A stretch of 64,000 nucleotides of DNA from positions 729 through 64,728 of the forward strand of contig CAYORF010000005.1 of NCBI GenBank assembly GCA_964406305.1. The letters run 5' to 3'. Source of the stretch: an uncultured Anaerolineales bacterium (GTDB lineage: Bacteria; Chloroflexota; Anaerolineae; Anaerolineales; UBA11858). Both the position numbers and the translations under genes were made by a program. Under the pieces are notes generated by a model. The model saw only the letters and a program-made list of their open reading frames with translations. It was not told the origin of the DNA and did not search any database. Positions 18,082 through 26,507 of the stretch are shown here, piece by piece; the first letter of the stretch is position 1; the number at the start of each line of letters is the position of its first letter.

Positions 18082-19839
18082 CTATTCATATTTACTGAAC
18101 GTTTTTCTCCAGGTTTCGTTCCTCTTCCTGTTTTTCTCCTGGTCAATTGAAAATTGAAGTGGACGTCCCCTGGCATCGATTACAATGCCTAAGACGCCTC
18201 CAATCGCATTCACCTTGCCAGATTTTCCCGGACCTCCCATGCCAACATCAAAACGATTTAGAGGGCGGAGGTGCAAGGATACTTTTTCACCAAGGTCCAC
18301 AGGAAGAACAGATAAGGATCCATATTTTATATCTCGAGTAAATGACCTTCCATCTTCCCGGTTGACACGAATCCTGAGGATCGGTGTTCCTGGTCTGGCA
18401 ACTCCTAAAGGTGCAATAATCGTGCCCAAATTCAGGAATGTACTGGATTCTATCACCTGAACGGTTAACAAGGGGTTGGCCTCGGCCGCAGCCCCCAATC
18501 CGGGTAATAAACCGTTTTGATCCAGGGCCAGAGTTGTTACACCAGTTGGCTGCAGGCCGTCTAGCAATACAGACAGTGATTGATACTGTTTAGGTGCCAG
18601 GGTCAAGATCCTCCCCGACCCAATGATCGGTTCCATATATGGCAGCAATGTACCTCCAGCTCCAAGCTGTTTAGCCAGGCTGGGGATAGTTTGTTCTGCT
18701 GCATATCTTAGAGCTTGTTTGGCAACCGCCAGTTCGACTTCAAGGTGCTCAACATTGAGAGGAAGTGAACTAGGGTAAATCGATTTATTATAGATGTAAT
18801 CTTGGATCTCCTGATCAGATAGCTCAAATGGCATCCAGCGTTTGATCAATTCCAGGGAATTCTTCTCGATTACACCACCTGAACCAGAGCCCACTCCTAA
18901 ACCGGGAAATACCCGGAGAGTTTCTTCTCCGTTGAATGCGCCGGCCATGATTGTAGCATCGGAACCTATATCAACTCCCAGAACGCCTTTTTCTGGCTCG
19001 TATTTTTCACTCAGGAATCGGATTGCCCGACCAAAAGCGGACGCTGTCGAAGTGAATGTTCCCTCGGCCCAAGAAATAACTTCACTGAGACCGCCAGTCT
19101 GTTTTATCCGTATATCCTTATATACTTCATTGATCTCTTTCTGGGCGGGCTGGATATTCTCTATCCCGAGCACAGGTTGGATATTGGCAGCAACTCTCAA
19201 TTTGCTGATCTTAGCGAGCCCGGATTTGACCTCGTCTTGAAGCTGTTCGTTTCCAGCGAATAGGATATGTGGGCGCTGACTTTCGTCCATCATATAACTG
19301 GATAGGCCGATGCTTTCGAGGATGCTGAGAAGAGATTGTGAGGCACCATTATTTGTTCCCCCGGTAATAATGATCAAGTCGGGTCGTTTTCTGGTCAGGA
19401 GGTTGATCCTGTCAGAGGATGTCCGGTGATCGTTCAGTGAAATCTCGGCGATGATATTCGCGTAAGTGGTGTGGGCTAGATGTCGGGCATTTTGTAGAGA
19501 GACTGTATCTAGGAGGCCTACTGTGACAACAGATATCGGATTACCGACAGACATGGTCGCAACAAAGATATCAACTCCCTTGTTATCCGGAGTGCTAGGG
19601 ATGATTACGCCATCTTTTTCGCTTAACAATACTCGACCAGTTATAAATTGGAGTTCTTCCAACGAACGCCATATTCCCTCGGTAACATCAAAATGGGGCA
19701 CCCCTGCAGTTGTCGGCGCACTCCCCACAGCCACAAAGCGGTATTTACCGCTCACCACATCGAAAAACAACGATCGGGTAATGGTACTTCCGATATCAAC
19801 TGCTATAACTGATTTTGCTGCAATAATAGTTTTATCCAT
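18082..19839 (-). CDS. ASKHA (actin/Hsp70-fold) ATPase, MutL/EutA-like, internally duplicated
   Basis: IAVDIGSTITRS (phosphate-1) and DLIIITGGTNNGA (GGxDGG-like) in the first half. A second VLGVDIGSDATIM block in the second half. Confidence 0.6.
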   Translation of the reverse strand: MDKTIIAAKSVIAVDIGSTITRSLFFDVVSGKYRFVAVGSAPTTAGVPHFDVTEGIWRSLEELQFITGRVLLSEKDGVIIPSTPDNKGVDIFVATMSVGNPISVVTVGLLDTVSLQNARHLAHTTYANIIAEISLNDHRTSSDRINLLTRKRPDLIIITGGTNNGASQSLLSILESIGLSSYMMDESQRPHILFAGNEQLQDEVKSGLAKISKLRVAANIQPVLGIENIQPAQKEINEVYKDIRIKQTGGLSEVISWAEGTFTSTASAFGRAIRFLSEKYEPEKGVLGVDIGSDATIMAGAFNGEETLRVFPGLGVGSGSGGVIEKNSLELIKRWMPFELSDQEIQDYIYNKSIYPSSLPLNVEHLEVELAVAKQALRYAAEQTIPSLAKQLGAGGTLLPYMEPIIGSGRILTLAPKQYQSLSVLLDGLQPTGVTTLALDQNGLLPGLGAAAEANPLLTVQVIESSTFLNLGTIIAPLGVARPGTPILRIRVNREDGRSFTRDIKYGSLSVLPVDLGEKVSLHLRPLNRFDVGMGGPGKSGKVNAIGGVLGIVIDARGRPLQFSIDQEKNRKRNETWRKTFSKYE

Positions 19840-19844
19840 GATCC

Positions 19845-20549
19845 CTAAAATGAAGAGAATAATTGAAAACCAATTGAGTTCAGGAAAGCCCAGAATGAGG
19901 ATAATCTCTCTACCAGGGCGGCCAGGGCAGTCAGGAATACACCAGCGTACAAGGCACCAAAGGTTATCGCCAGAAAGACCTTCCCTACTTTACTTGCATA
20001 TTCGATTATCGGCAGCCTTTTATCGGATTGTCCGGGTGAATCCTGGGTTCCAAAATGAAAATAGATCAGGGTAGTGACTGTTCCCAGGACAACGATGATT
20101 CCATTAATTGCTTGGTCCCAGCGGTTTGTGGTGATGGTATAGGCCGATGGATCCACGCTGTTGATTGTACCCAAGATTTGGGGGAAGAGTGTGCCAGTGA
20201 TCGCACCGCCGATGGCTGCTGCAGCCCCAATTCCAACCAAGATGGCAACTGACCAGTTACCAAGCTTGCGGAGAGGCGTCACTTTGAAAAACAAGAAAAC
20301 ACCGGGTATGAAAAGCAGGATCGATAATAAACGTTCTCCCTGTGTACCCTGGATGAGCGGGATGATTAAACGCGGGATCAACACATTATTGACTGTGACG
20401 ATGGCAACATATCCGGCAGCGACACCAATAAAAATGTGGATTGCCAACCGGAAAAACGGATTATCACCGAGTAAATAGCTGAAGATCAAGAGCGTCAGCA
20501 AAAATCCCAAGGATATTCCAATGAAGTCCATCATATTTGCCATATTCAC
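19845..20549 (-). CDS. Polytopic membrane protein (234 aa), unknown family
   Basis: At least 6 hydrophobic helices. 4-nt overlap with the upstream 1000-aa gene. Confidence 0.65.
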   Translation of the reverse strand: MNMANMMDFIGISLGFLLTLLIFSYLLGDNPFFRLAIHIFIGVAAGYVAIVTVNNVLIPRLIIPLIQGTQGERLLSILLFIPGVFLFFKVTPLRKLGNWSVAILVGIGAAAAIGGAITGTLFPQILGTINSVDPSAYTITTNRWDQAINGIIVVLGTVTTLIYFHFGTQDSPGQSDKRLPIIEYASKVGKVFLAITFGALYAGVFLTALAALVERLSSFWAFLNSIGFQLFSSF

Positions 20550-23548
20550 TTAACATCTCCTGCAACTCTGGATCTGTGGCGGGAGAACAGGGACAAAACG
20601 CCATTTGCCAATCCGCCAATAAAAATCGTACCAACAGTGATGATGATACCCAAATTGAATGGAAGCCAGGCTGCGGTGGCCAGATTTGGTCGGTTCAACA
20701 GCTGTTCATAATTCATGCTATCAATAATCCCGGAAACATAACCTTTTAGCAATTGGGGTGATGAGCGGAAATAAGGTTGGATCAATGGCTCAGCTTGAGC
20801 GCTGACTACCATGTTCAAAGGGGTGTCTTCCAGGATAGTGCCCACTTGCTCGATCCAGATCTTAGCTGTATCTGGATCATCTGTAATTACTAGAACCATT
20901 GCAAAATCATTTATTGAGTCAACTTTCAAAAGAGGGGGAGATCCCCAGGCATTGCTGCCGTCAAAGGCCAGGGGGATTATCTTCTTTGGTGCTACAACGA
21001 AACTTAACAAGCCAGCTGATTCGCCTGGCAAATAACCCAGGTTGATGTAGTGCTGGGTATGGATGTAATCGTGTTTTCCTTGGGTGGTGGCTAGGAAATG
21101 ATCTGCCAGGGCTGGTCCGGTAGGCTGAGTTGAAATAAAGGATAGATAAGTGCCTTGTTTCATCAAGTGGTCAACGACACCAGCCGCCGCGGCATATAAT
21201 TCTCCTGCAGAGGCAGGCTGGTAATCAAATGCGATCAAGACAGGCTGACCATCGTACAAACCCTCGATCTGTTCATATAGAGCCCCGTATCCCGAATTTA
21301 GAACCTGGGCAGAAGTGGGGGGTTCTGTTTTAACAACTCCGCCAAAAATGATCGTCCCTGCTGTGGTTACCAGCATGATAATAGCAATCAACCACCGCAA
21401 TACTCTTTGGGTTGCAACCGGAGCGGGTTTCAGGATGGTTTTTGTTTTGTTCTCATCTGCGATGAGCTTCTTCAGTACATTGACATAATCTTGGTGGGAT
21501 TTAGAGGCAAATAGATCAAGTGGTTTTCTGGCGGCTTTCTCGGGATCAAAGGCACTTTCTGCTTCAGCAGGTAGCACACTTGGGATTCCTGCCAGAGGCC
21601 CGTAATTTTCAATATAATCCTCATCCTCGGAAAGTCCAGTGGCATCGGTCGATTCTACGACCGGACGCATGGCTTCTACCCAACCGGGTAGTTCTCCCTG
21701 GGATAATTCATCTTCAAAATCTTCAAACACAGAATCTGATGATGCAGATGTCAGCCAGCTGGGCAGCTCATCGCTGAAGAGATCGTCAAAAAATTCTTCT
21801 TCTTCGACCTGGAATGGGTCAATGACTGAATCGGTTCCATCTTCGCGTCCTGCTAAAAATTCCAAATCTTCGGGGATCTTCTCAGCGGCCTTCTTTTTTT
21901 CTTCCGCCCAGGATGGGAATTTGATCTGTTGGGAATCACTCAATCCTGTGGCCGGTTCGTCATCATCATCTTCTTGTGGAGGGAGCTTATCAGTGATACC
22001 CCTTACAATTGCAGGTTTATATTCCTCGTTAGTGCGGTCTTTTTTCAGCAGGAATGCATTTAAGGATTCGTCATCCCCATCAATATGGAGCCAGGCTGGT
22101 AAGTCGCTAGCGGGAGCGGCCTCATCGCTATCAGCAGCTGGCGGCGAATATTCCGGTGGCTTTACCTCTTCTGATATTTCCTCTGCCGGTGTATCAGACA
22201 CAGAGAGCCAATCTGGGAAGGATGAATCCTCATCCACCATATCGCTGCTTTTATTCAGTCTTTTGATCTTGTCCAGCCAATCAGTTTGAGGTTTTGAGGG
22301 CTCTGGTGGAGTTTCAACGGTTGACTTTCTGGAATCAGGGTCTTGGAGCATGTCCAACCAACCAGAATCCTCGCTGAAACCAGGAGAGCCAAACTCCGGT
22401 AAAGGATCTTCATCTTCATCATAAAGGTCAGGGCGAAAACCGATAGGGCCTGGTTCGCTTTCTGGATCTGGCGTTAAGAAGTCCAATTCCCCTGCCGGTT
22501 CGCCCGCGGGTTGTTCTATTACGGCAGCTCCTTCCTCTCCATCCAGGGATGCTAAAATGTCCAGCCCCCCGGCAGTATCTGGGTCCGGTTGTTCAGTTAT
22601 CACCGGTTTTTCTTCAACGCTCGGAGTGGTCAAGAAATCCCATTCATCAACAGGGCCCTTGGATGGTTCTTCCAGGACAGGCACTTCTTCAGCAGAAGGC
22701 GATGTTAGGAAATCCCACTCATCAACTGGACCCTTTTCAGGTTCTTCTTTCTGAGGAGGTTCATCCGCAGCAGTGGATGAAGAAAGGAAATCCCATGCGT
22801 CAACCTGTTCCTCGGTTTGTTCTTCTTTCTGAACAGGTTCTTTTTCTGTAGAAGGTTTAGCTAGGGAATCCCACGCCTCTTCGGGTTTTTGGGCAGGGCT
22901 TTCCTCTTCAGGAGTGCTGTCATCGGAAAGTGAGCTAAGAAAGTCCAAATTGTCCGCAGGTTCTTCAACTGGTGGAGTTTTTCCTGATAGGCTGTCTTCG
23001 GCGGAAGGCTCGGTAAGGTACTGCCAATCTCCCCCGGTTTTTTCTACAGGAGTTTCTTCTCCTAACAGTTCATCACGTGCAGAGGGTTCCAAGAAAGGGT
23101 CGAAGGCAGGAGGATCCGGTTGCTTCTTTTCTTCCTCCTCGGAACTTGTAAATGGATCATCAGTTGCGAAGAAATCGTCCAATCGGGAGGAAGCTTCGGA
23201 TTCTTCTACCGGTTGTGTGTCTCCTCTTGTGTCGGAGGCATCCAAAGGATCCGGGGCGGGGATCAGATCATCCAGCCTGGAGAAATCATCCGTTGATTCC
23301 GCAGTTTGGGTTGCCTCTTCCAGGGGTTCTTCTGGAGACAATAAACTGTCTAAACGTGCGCCCTCATCCAGTGGTTCCGCGGATTGGACTGGTGTTTTGG
23401 TATCGTTATTGTCGAATAGATCGTCTCGCAGGGAGGGACTATCGAGTGGTAGGGGATCCACGCTGAACAAGGGAGCACTACAATGATCACAAAAATTATG
23501 ATCATCTGTATTGGGTTTTCCGCAGGTTGGGCACAGGATCTCAGTCAT
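20546..23548 (-). CDS. Zinc-ribbon protein with ~690-aa acidic repeat region, two TM helices and a ~220-aa extracytoplasmic domain
   Basis: N-terminal CPTCG..(N11)..CDHC. Asp/Glu/Pro-rich region with repeated (D/E/P)-x-W-(D/L)-x-L motifs. TM at about residues 717-739 and 959-986. Confidence 0.75.
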   Translation of the reverse strand: MTEILCPTCGKPNTDDHNFCDHCSAPLFSVDPLPLDSPSLRDDLFDNNDTKTPVQSAEPLDEGARLDSLLSPEEPLEEATQTAESTDDFSRLDDLIPAPDPLDASDTRGDTQPVEESEASSRLDDFFATDDPFTSSEEEEKKQPDPPAFDPFLEPSARDELLGEETPVEKTGGDWQYLTEPSAEDSLSGKTPPVEEPADNLDFLSSLSDDSTPEEESPAQKPEEAWDSLAKPSTEKEPVQKEEQTEEQVDAWDFLSSSTAADEPPQKEEPEKGPVDEWDFLTSPSAEEVPVLEEPSKGPVDEWDFLTTPSVEEKPVITEQPDPDTAGGLDILASLDGEEGAAVIEQPAGEPAGELDFLTPDPESEPGPIGFRPDLYDEDEDPLPEFGSPGFSEDSGWLDMLQDPDSRKSTVETPPEPSKPQTDWLDKIKRLNKSSDMVDEDSSFPDWLSVSDTPAEEISEEVKPPEYSPPAADSDEAAPASDLPAWLHIDGDDESLNAFLLKKDRTNEEYKPAIVRGITDKLPPQEDDDDEPATGLSDSQQIKFPSWAEEKKKAAEKIPEDLEFLAGREDGTDSVIDPFQVEEEEFFDDLFSDELPSWLTSASSDSVFEDFEDELSQGELPGWVEAMRPVVESTDATGLSEDEDYIENYGPLAGIPSVLPAEAESAFDPEKAARKPLDLFASKSHQDYVNVLKKLIADENKTKTILKPAPVATQRVLRWLIAIIMLVTTAGTIIFGGVVKTEPPTSAQVLNSGYGALYEQIEGLYDGQPVLIAFDYQPASAGELYAAAAGVVDHLMKQGTYLSFISTQPTGPALADHFLATTQGKHDYIHTQHYINLGYLPGESAGLLSFVVAPKKIIPLAFDGSNAWGSPPLLKVDSINDFAMVLVITDDPDTAKIWIEQVGTILEDTPLNMVVSAQAEPLIQPYFRSSPQLLKGYVSGIIDSMNYEQLLNRPNLATAAWLPFNLGIIITVGTIFIGGLANGVLSLFSRHRSRVAGDVK
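22586..22735 (-). repeat. Coding tandem repeat (2 x 25 aa) inside the 1000-aa gene
   Basis: KGPVDEWDFLTSPSAEEVPVLEEPS / KGPVDEWDFLTTPSVEEKPVITEQP (residues 272-321). More diverged copies extend over about 22454-23041. Confidence 0.8.
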
Positions 23549-23550
23549 GA

Positions 23551-24195
23551 TTATTCACCGTACGGTCTATCAGTTCCCATTAGGACCCGGATACCGGTTG
23601 TTATTGTGCCCAGAGCAATACCCAACAGCAGCCCACGGGCTCCTCCCAGGGCTGGGACACGAAGGATCCAATCGTGAATCACATGAAGGAATGGAAGCGT
23701 AGCTGGGGGTATCGAAAAAGACCCCAGCAGGACTAATAAAACAACAAAAAAGAAGACTATTGAGAACAGGTCCATCCGCTTGCGTAGGATGCTGGCGGCT
23801 GCATAAGTAAGGCTGACAGCTGTTACAGCAAGCAGACTGGTTTCAATTGGAAGCTGAATATTAGTGAAGATCCAGCTGGTCATCTGGAAGTTAGGTTTAC
23901 CGACCAGATAGGTCTGGACCATGTCAATAATGCCAATAATTAGTGTGGCCAGCAGAGCAATTACAAGGATCAGGCTGTAACCGGAATTTTCGCTATCCGC
24001 TCCTAGTTTTTTAATATGGACGGTGATTAGATTGATAATGCCAACAAGAAGCGCAACCGCTGACAGGACCAGGCCGGCTCTCAGAAGGATAATGCGGATA
24101 TTTATAAATGCGGGAATGAAATATCCGGCCAGGACAATAATGCCGACTCCAATAGCAACTGCGGTAGAGACAGGAGATTTCAGATTAATCTTCAA
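23551..24195 (-). CDS. Polytopic membrane protein (214 aa), unknown family
   Basis: At least 5 hydrophobic helices. ATGA overlap with the upstream gene and 2-nt gap to the downstream gene. Confidence 0.65.
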   Translation of the reverse strand: MKINLKSPVSTAVAIGVGIIVLAGYFIPAFINIRIILLRAGLVLSAVALLVGIINLITVHIKKLGADSENSGYSLILVIALLATLIIGIIDMVQTYLVGKPNFQMTSWIFTNIQLPIETSLLAVTAVSLTYAAASILRKRMDLFSIVFFFVVLLVLLGSFSIPPATLPFLHVIHDWILRVPALGGARGLLLGIALGTITTGIRVLMGTDRPYGE

Positions 24196-24989
24196 ATTGA
24201 ACCTGCCAGGATTTTTTCAATAAATACGTCAATTCCAAGAATATTCAGTAAAACGCTGGCCAGGATGATAAAAATGATGATCCAGCGAACGACATCTTGG
24301 GCTGATATGCTTGCCTGGTGCATTTTTCCTGCACCGAGGTAGGCCCCTCCTGCAAATAATTCTTCACCAATTAGAGGATCTGAGGCGCTGGCATAGATGA
24401 CAGCCTGAGCAGGGAGCTGAGAAGTGCCGGCGATGGTTGGGCTGCTTTGCCTCTCACCAGCAGTCGTGATCCAGGTGATTTCGTTACCAAACCACCCCGT
24501 GTGGATATTGGCGGAGACATTATCGTTCCGGATTGTGCTCAAAGTGCCTACAGCGTAAGAAAAAGGTGTAACGCCGACCAACTCTCCGGATGGGTTTTTA
24601 ATGTTATCTGAAATACTGATCGCTTTTGAGCTTCCTTTGATCGTATCCTGCGCCAGAATTGATATTACAGGGTTTCCGGTGGAGGCAACCGGGGGATGAT
24701 CGCAAACAGAGGATTTTTCAATGACCTGTTTTAGGATACCTAATCCAGCCAATGCGGCAGCGGATTCGGGACCGGTAATGCCCCCACTGCCCAGGGAAAT
24801 ATGCAGCTGAGAACCGTCCTCAACAGCAACTTTGATTTCCTGGATGATTTTGTCGTAGGCGGGAATCGGGCGGATATTATAGGTTTTTCGGTCCTTATTA
24901 ATGAACGAAAAAAAGACCATTAAACCAACAAAAAGTACAATTACCATTAATCCCGTGAAGCCAGTAGCAGACACAGATATTTCCTCCAA
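24192..24989 (-). CDS. Bitopic membrane protein (265 aa) with N- and C-terminal TM helices, unknown family
   Basis: TM FTGLMVIVLFVGLMVFFSF and TM VVRWIIIFIILASVLLNIL flank a ~200-aa Gly/Ser/Ala-rich domain (GSGGITGPESAAALAGLGIL). Confidence 0.6.
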   Translation of the reverse strand: MEEISVSATGFTGLMVIVLFVGLMVFFSFINKDRKTYNIRPIPAYDKIIQEIKVAVEDGSQLHISLGSGGITGPESAAALAGLGILKQVIEKSSVCDHPPVASTGNPVISILAQDTIKGSSKAISISDNIKNPSGELVGVTPFSYAVGTLSTIRNDNVSANIHTGWFGNEITWITTAGERQSSPTIAGTSQLPAQAVIYASASDPLIGEELFAGGAYLGAGKMHQASISAQDVVRWIIIFIILASVLLNILGIDVFIEKILAGSI

Positions 24990-25244
24990 CTAGGTTGTTG
25001 GTTCGTAATTTCTGAGTGCCTCGATAAATAACGTTGTTTCGGATGGGTCTTCTAAAATCTTGGCTAAGTCCTGGGATTGATCTTTAGGGATGAAAGGGGA
25101 CAAAACTGGTTGGCTGAGATAGACCAGCTGGGCGCCAAGCAGATTCATTGGACCCAGAGCTTCCAAGAAGGTTGCGGTGAGGTTCTGGAGCCGTAATTTA
25201 TACAGCGATTCAATCCATTTTTTCCTGTTTTCTTGAATTTTCAT
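24990..25244 (-). CDS. Small hypothetical protein (84 aa), first gene of the operon
   Basis: ORF abuts the next gene with 0-nt spacing. No family recognised. Confidence 0.5.
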   Translation of the reverse strand: MKIQENRKKWIESLYKLRLQNLTATFLEALGPMNLLGAQLVYLSQPVLSPFIPKDQSQDLAKILEDPSETTLFIEALRNYEPTT

Positions 25245-25414
25245 AACTCAGAATTAGTATAGCATAGTTTCATTATTCAGGCGTACAGCCCTCAATCTAC
25301 AGGATATGACTAATGATATCCAAAGGGGATTATTTCTCATACTGTACCTGGCCGATATAATGGCATAATCTATATTACAGTAATGTGTATTGTTGTCAGG
25401 AGTGGGAGGGTATT

Positions 25415-26290
25415 ATGCAGCCAGATTTAACTGAACAGATCTTGGAATTGGTGCGTTTAACAGCTACGGACTTACCGCCGGATGTTGAAAAAACCCTCCG
25501 TGAGTCACGGGATCAGGAAGAAGAAGGCTCTGCTGCCCAGGGCGCACTGGATACGATCCTGGAAAATGTAAAAATGGCCCGAGAAAATTCTACTCCAATC
25601 TGCCAGGACACGGGAACGCCGTTGTTTTTTGTGAATTATCCAGAAGGTTGGAGCACAAGAAAATTAACCAGGCAGATCCAGGAGGCAGTGATCCAGGCCA
25701 CAAAAAAATCTTACTTGAGGCCCAATTCTGTCAATACTCTGACTGGGAAGAATACCGGTGATAACAGTGGTGATGAACATTATCCCGCGATCCACTTTGA
25801 GGAAATAGACGGTGATCAGCTAGTGGTCGATCTGATTTTGAAGGGTGGGGGTTGTGAAAACGTCAGCACCCAATATAAACTTCCGGATACTTCTCTTGCT
25901 GCCGGCAGGGATTTGGATGGTGTGAGGAAAGTCAGCCTGGATGCTGTGGTCAAAGCCCAGGGAAAAGGCTGTGCTCCCGGAACTCTGGGTATCGCCATCG
26001 GCGGAGACCGTGGATCCTCTTATGTTGCTTCCAAGGAAGCGTTAAAGAGGCAGCTGGATGATACAAACCCGGATCCTGCCCTTGCAGATATGGAAGAAAA
26101 AATAACAGATCAAGCCAATCAGCTGGATATCGGTCCGATGGGTTTTCATGGCAAGACCACTGTATTAGGGACAAAGATCAAGAACTTGCATCGCTTGCCG
26201 GCCAGTTATTTTGTGTCGATTTCCTATATGTGCTGGGCTTACAGGCGCAGGAAAATGGTTTTTGAAAACGGTAGTGCCAAGTACGAATAG
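25415..26290 (+). CDS. Fe-S type hydro-lyase (class I fumarate hydratase / tartrate dehydratase) alpha subunit
   Basis: ..ENSTPICQDTGTPLFFV.., ..LRPNSV.. and ILKGGGCEN motifs. Start set at the ATG at 25415 preceded by GGGAGG; the ORF is open from 25385. Confidence 0.8.
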   Translation: MQPDLTEQILELVRLTATDLPPDVEKTLRESRDQEEEGSAAQGALDTILENVKMARENSTPICQDTGTPLFFVNYPEGWSTRKLTRQIQEAVIQATKKSYLRPNSVNTLTGKNTGDNSGDEHYPAIHFEEIDGDQLVVDLILKGGGCENVSTQYKLPDTSLAAGRDLDGVRKVSLDAVVKAQGKGCAPGTLGIAIGGDRGSSYVASKEALKRQLDDTNPDPALADMEEKITDQANQLDIGPMGFHGKTTVLGTKIKNLHRLPASYFVSISYMCWAYRRRKMVFENGSAKYE

Positions 26291-26357
26291 GAAAAGATAA
26301 CTGGATATAAACTGATCAGATACCTAATCTCTATCAGTGTCAAAAAATATTTGTAGG

Positions 26358-26425
26358 GGCGACTCGCTGAGTCGCCATTTTTATAAGGACGAATTCCCTT
26401 CAAGGGACTCCGTCCTTATTGTTTT
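26358..26425 (+). terminator. Two consecutive stem-loops with T-runs after the hydro-lyase gene
   Basis: GGCGACTC-GCT-GAGTCGCC (26358-26376) + ATTTTTAT. TAAGGACG...CGTCCTTA (26384-26418) + TTGTTTT. Confidence 0.6.
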
Positions 26426-26507
26426 AAGAATATGGTATCGTATCCGCACATAATCAAGGGGGTTAATTCTAGATATACGGTTACTATCAATTCCTGAGGA
26501 GTTTTCC

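Noticed and set aside
22454-23041. Periodic repeats that could be mistaken for a CRISPR array or satellite.
   Set aside because: The repeats are in-frame, of variable length, and encode the EWDFL-type peptide motif. There is no repeat-spacer regularity, and the region lies wholly within a long ORF.
21639-23486. Long Ser-rich plus-strand ORFs (216 aa at 21639..22289, 190 aa at 22914..23486, and others) inside the 1000-aa gene.
   Set aside because: They are antisense shadows of a GAx/GAA-rich acidic coding region (Glu/Asp codons read as Ser/Phe/Leu on the other strand). They have no RBS or start context and no recognisable motifs. The minus-strand frame carries the zinc ribbon, TM helices and repeat logic.
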